Below, piece by piece: positions 38,064 through 38,435 of a stretch of DNA of 38,435 nt. The translations under genes were made by a program, and so were the position numbers. Under the pieces are notes generated by a model. That model had not been told where the DNA came from, did not search any database, and saw only the letters and a program-made list of their open reading frames with translations. The stretch lies in IMG/VR virus record IMGVR_UViG_3300024344_000047, positions 1 to 38,435 of that record. One strand, given 5' to 3'. The stretch comes from a virus. The number at the start of each line of letters is the position of its first letter. Within the stretch, counting starts at the first letter, position 1.

Positions 38064-38435
38064 ATGACCTACCACCCACACCCCAACGGCGGCGGCGCCG
38101 TAGCCTACACCGCCTACGTAGCACCAACCGCCTACATAGGCCCGGACGCCCGGGTATCCGGCCGCTCCCGAGTGTACGGCACCGCCCGAGTGTACGATAC
38201 CGCCCAAGTGCACGGCACCGCCCAAGTGTACGACAACGCCGAAGTGTACGATGAGGCCCGAGTGTACGGCAATTCCCAAGTGTACGGCAACGCCCACGTG
38301 TACGGCTCCGCCCACGTATTCGGCACCGCCCAGCTGTCCGGTAACGCCACGCTCACCCATGCACGCCACGTGATGACGGTCGGGCCGATCGGGTCCGAGA
38401 ATCGGTACCTGACCCTAGCGCATAACGGGACAGAT
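38064..38435 (+). CDS. Hexad-repeat beta-helix-like protein, paralog B, N-terminal part (open at the window end; continues at 2..217)
   Basis: The ATG at 38064 directly follows the upstream TAA. MTYHPHPNGGG, then about 15 hexads (SRVYGT ARVYDT AQVHGT AQVYDN AEVYDE ARVYGN SQVYGN AHVYGS AHVFGT AQLSGN ...). There is no stop before 38435. Confidence 0.7.
   Translation, partial: MTYHPHPNGGGAVAYTAYVAPTAYIGPDARVSGRSRVYGTARVYDTAQVHGTAQVYDNAEVYDEARVYGNSQVYGNAHVYGSAHVFGTAQLSGNATLTHARHVMTVGPIGSENRYLTLAHNGTD
38369..38435. repeat. Terminal exact repeat, right copy (identical to 1..67)
   Basis: Same 67-nt string as at the left end. Confidence 0.9.

Noticed and set aside
1-38435. Lysogeny module (integrase, repressor, attP), phage-encoded RNA polymerase and DGR or retron reverse transcriptase
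   Set aside because: I looked for Tyr/Ser-recombinase, CI-like HTH-peptidase, single-subunit RNAP and YxDD reverse-transcriptase motifs in every ORF over 100 aa and saw none. The repeat arrays in the two repeat proteins therefore are not DGR variable regions with a template repeat. The phage is most simply lytic and dependent on host RNAP.

Overview
The window appears to be a complete, GC-rich dsDNA phage genome of about 38.4 kb. The first 67 nt are identical to the last 67 nt, so it is circularly closed or terminally redundant. All family calls below come from motif recognition by eye; no database search was run.

Architecture: a roughly 0.8-kb non-coding control region (35335-36159) appears to carry divergent promoters.
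- The plus-strand arm runs from 36160 to the right end, wraps to position 1 and continues to 15106. It holds small early genes, two paralogous hexad-repeat beta-helix-like proteins and two tandem WhiB-like regulators. It then encodes family A DNA polymerase, a RuvC-like resolvase, an SNF2 helicase, a Cas4-like nuclease, a Sak4-like ATPase, a DUF669-like protein and a Toprim primase-helicase. It ends with an amidase endolysin, holin candidates, a metallophosphoesterase and a small-terminase-like HTH protein.
- The minus-strand arm runs from 35334 down to 15157. It encodes a 126-aa protein, a 772-aa repeat-rich protein, large terminase, portal, scaffold and HK97-like major capsid. These are followed by an adaptor-like protein, a nozzle-like protein, a tail fibre with an S74 chaperone domain and three putative internal virion proteins, one of 1628 aa.
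- The two arms converge on a bidirectional hairpin terminator at 15130-15158.

The gene order is podovirus/T7-like, but I saw no phage RNA polymerase, integrase, repressor, tRNA or CRISPR array. The WhiB-like genes point to an actinobacterial host. Genes are tightly packed, with many ATGA/GTGA/TAATG start-stop overlaps.

Items most worth follow-up:
- the early paralogous beta-helix repeat proteins that straddle the genome junction;
- the duplicated promoter module with a conserved TTGACA-N17 (ending TGTGC)-TA.. layout and upstream GCCTACG boxes;
- a 16-copy 20-22-aa repeat array in the 772-aa protein encoded upstream of the terminase;
- SLH-like repeats in a putative internal virion protein;
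- an amidase carrying collagen-like triplets;
- a nested duplication that creates a 21-codon deletion copy of a 50-codon ORF.
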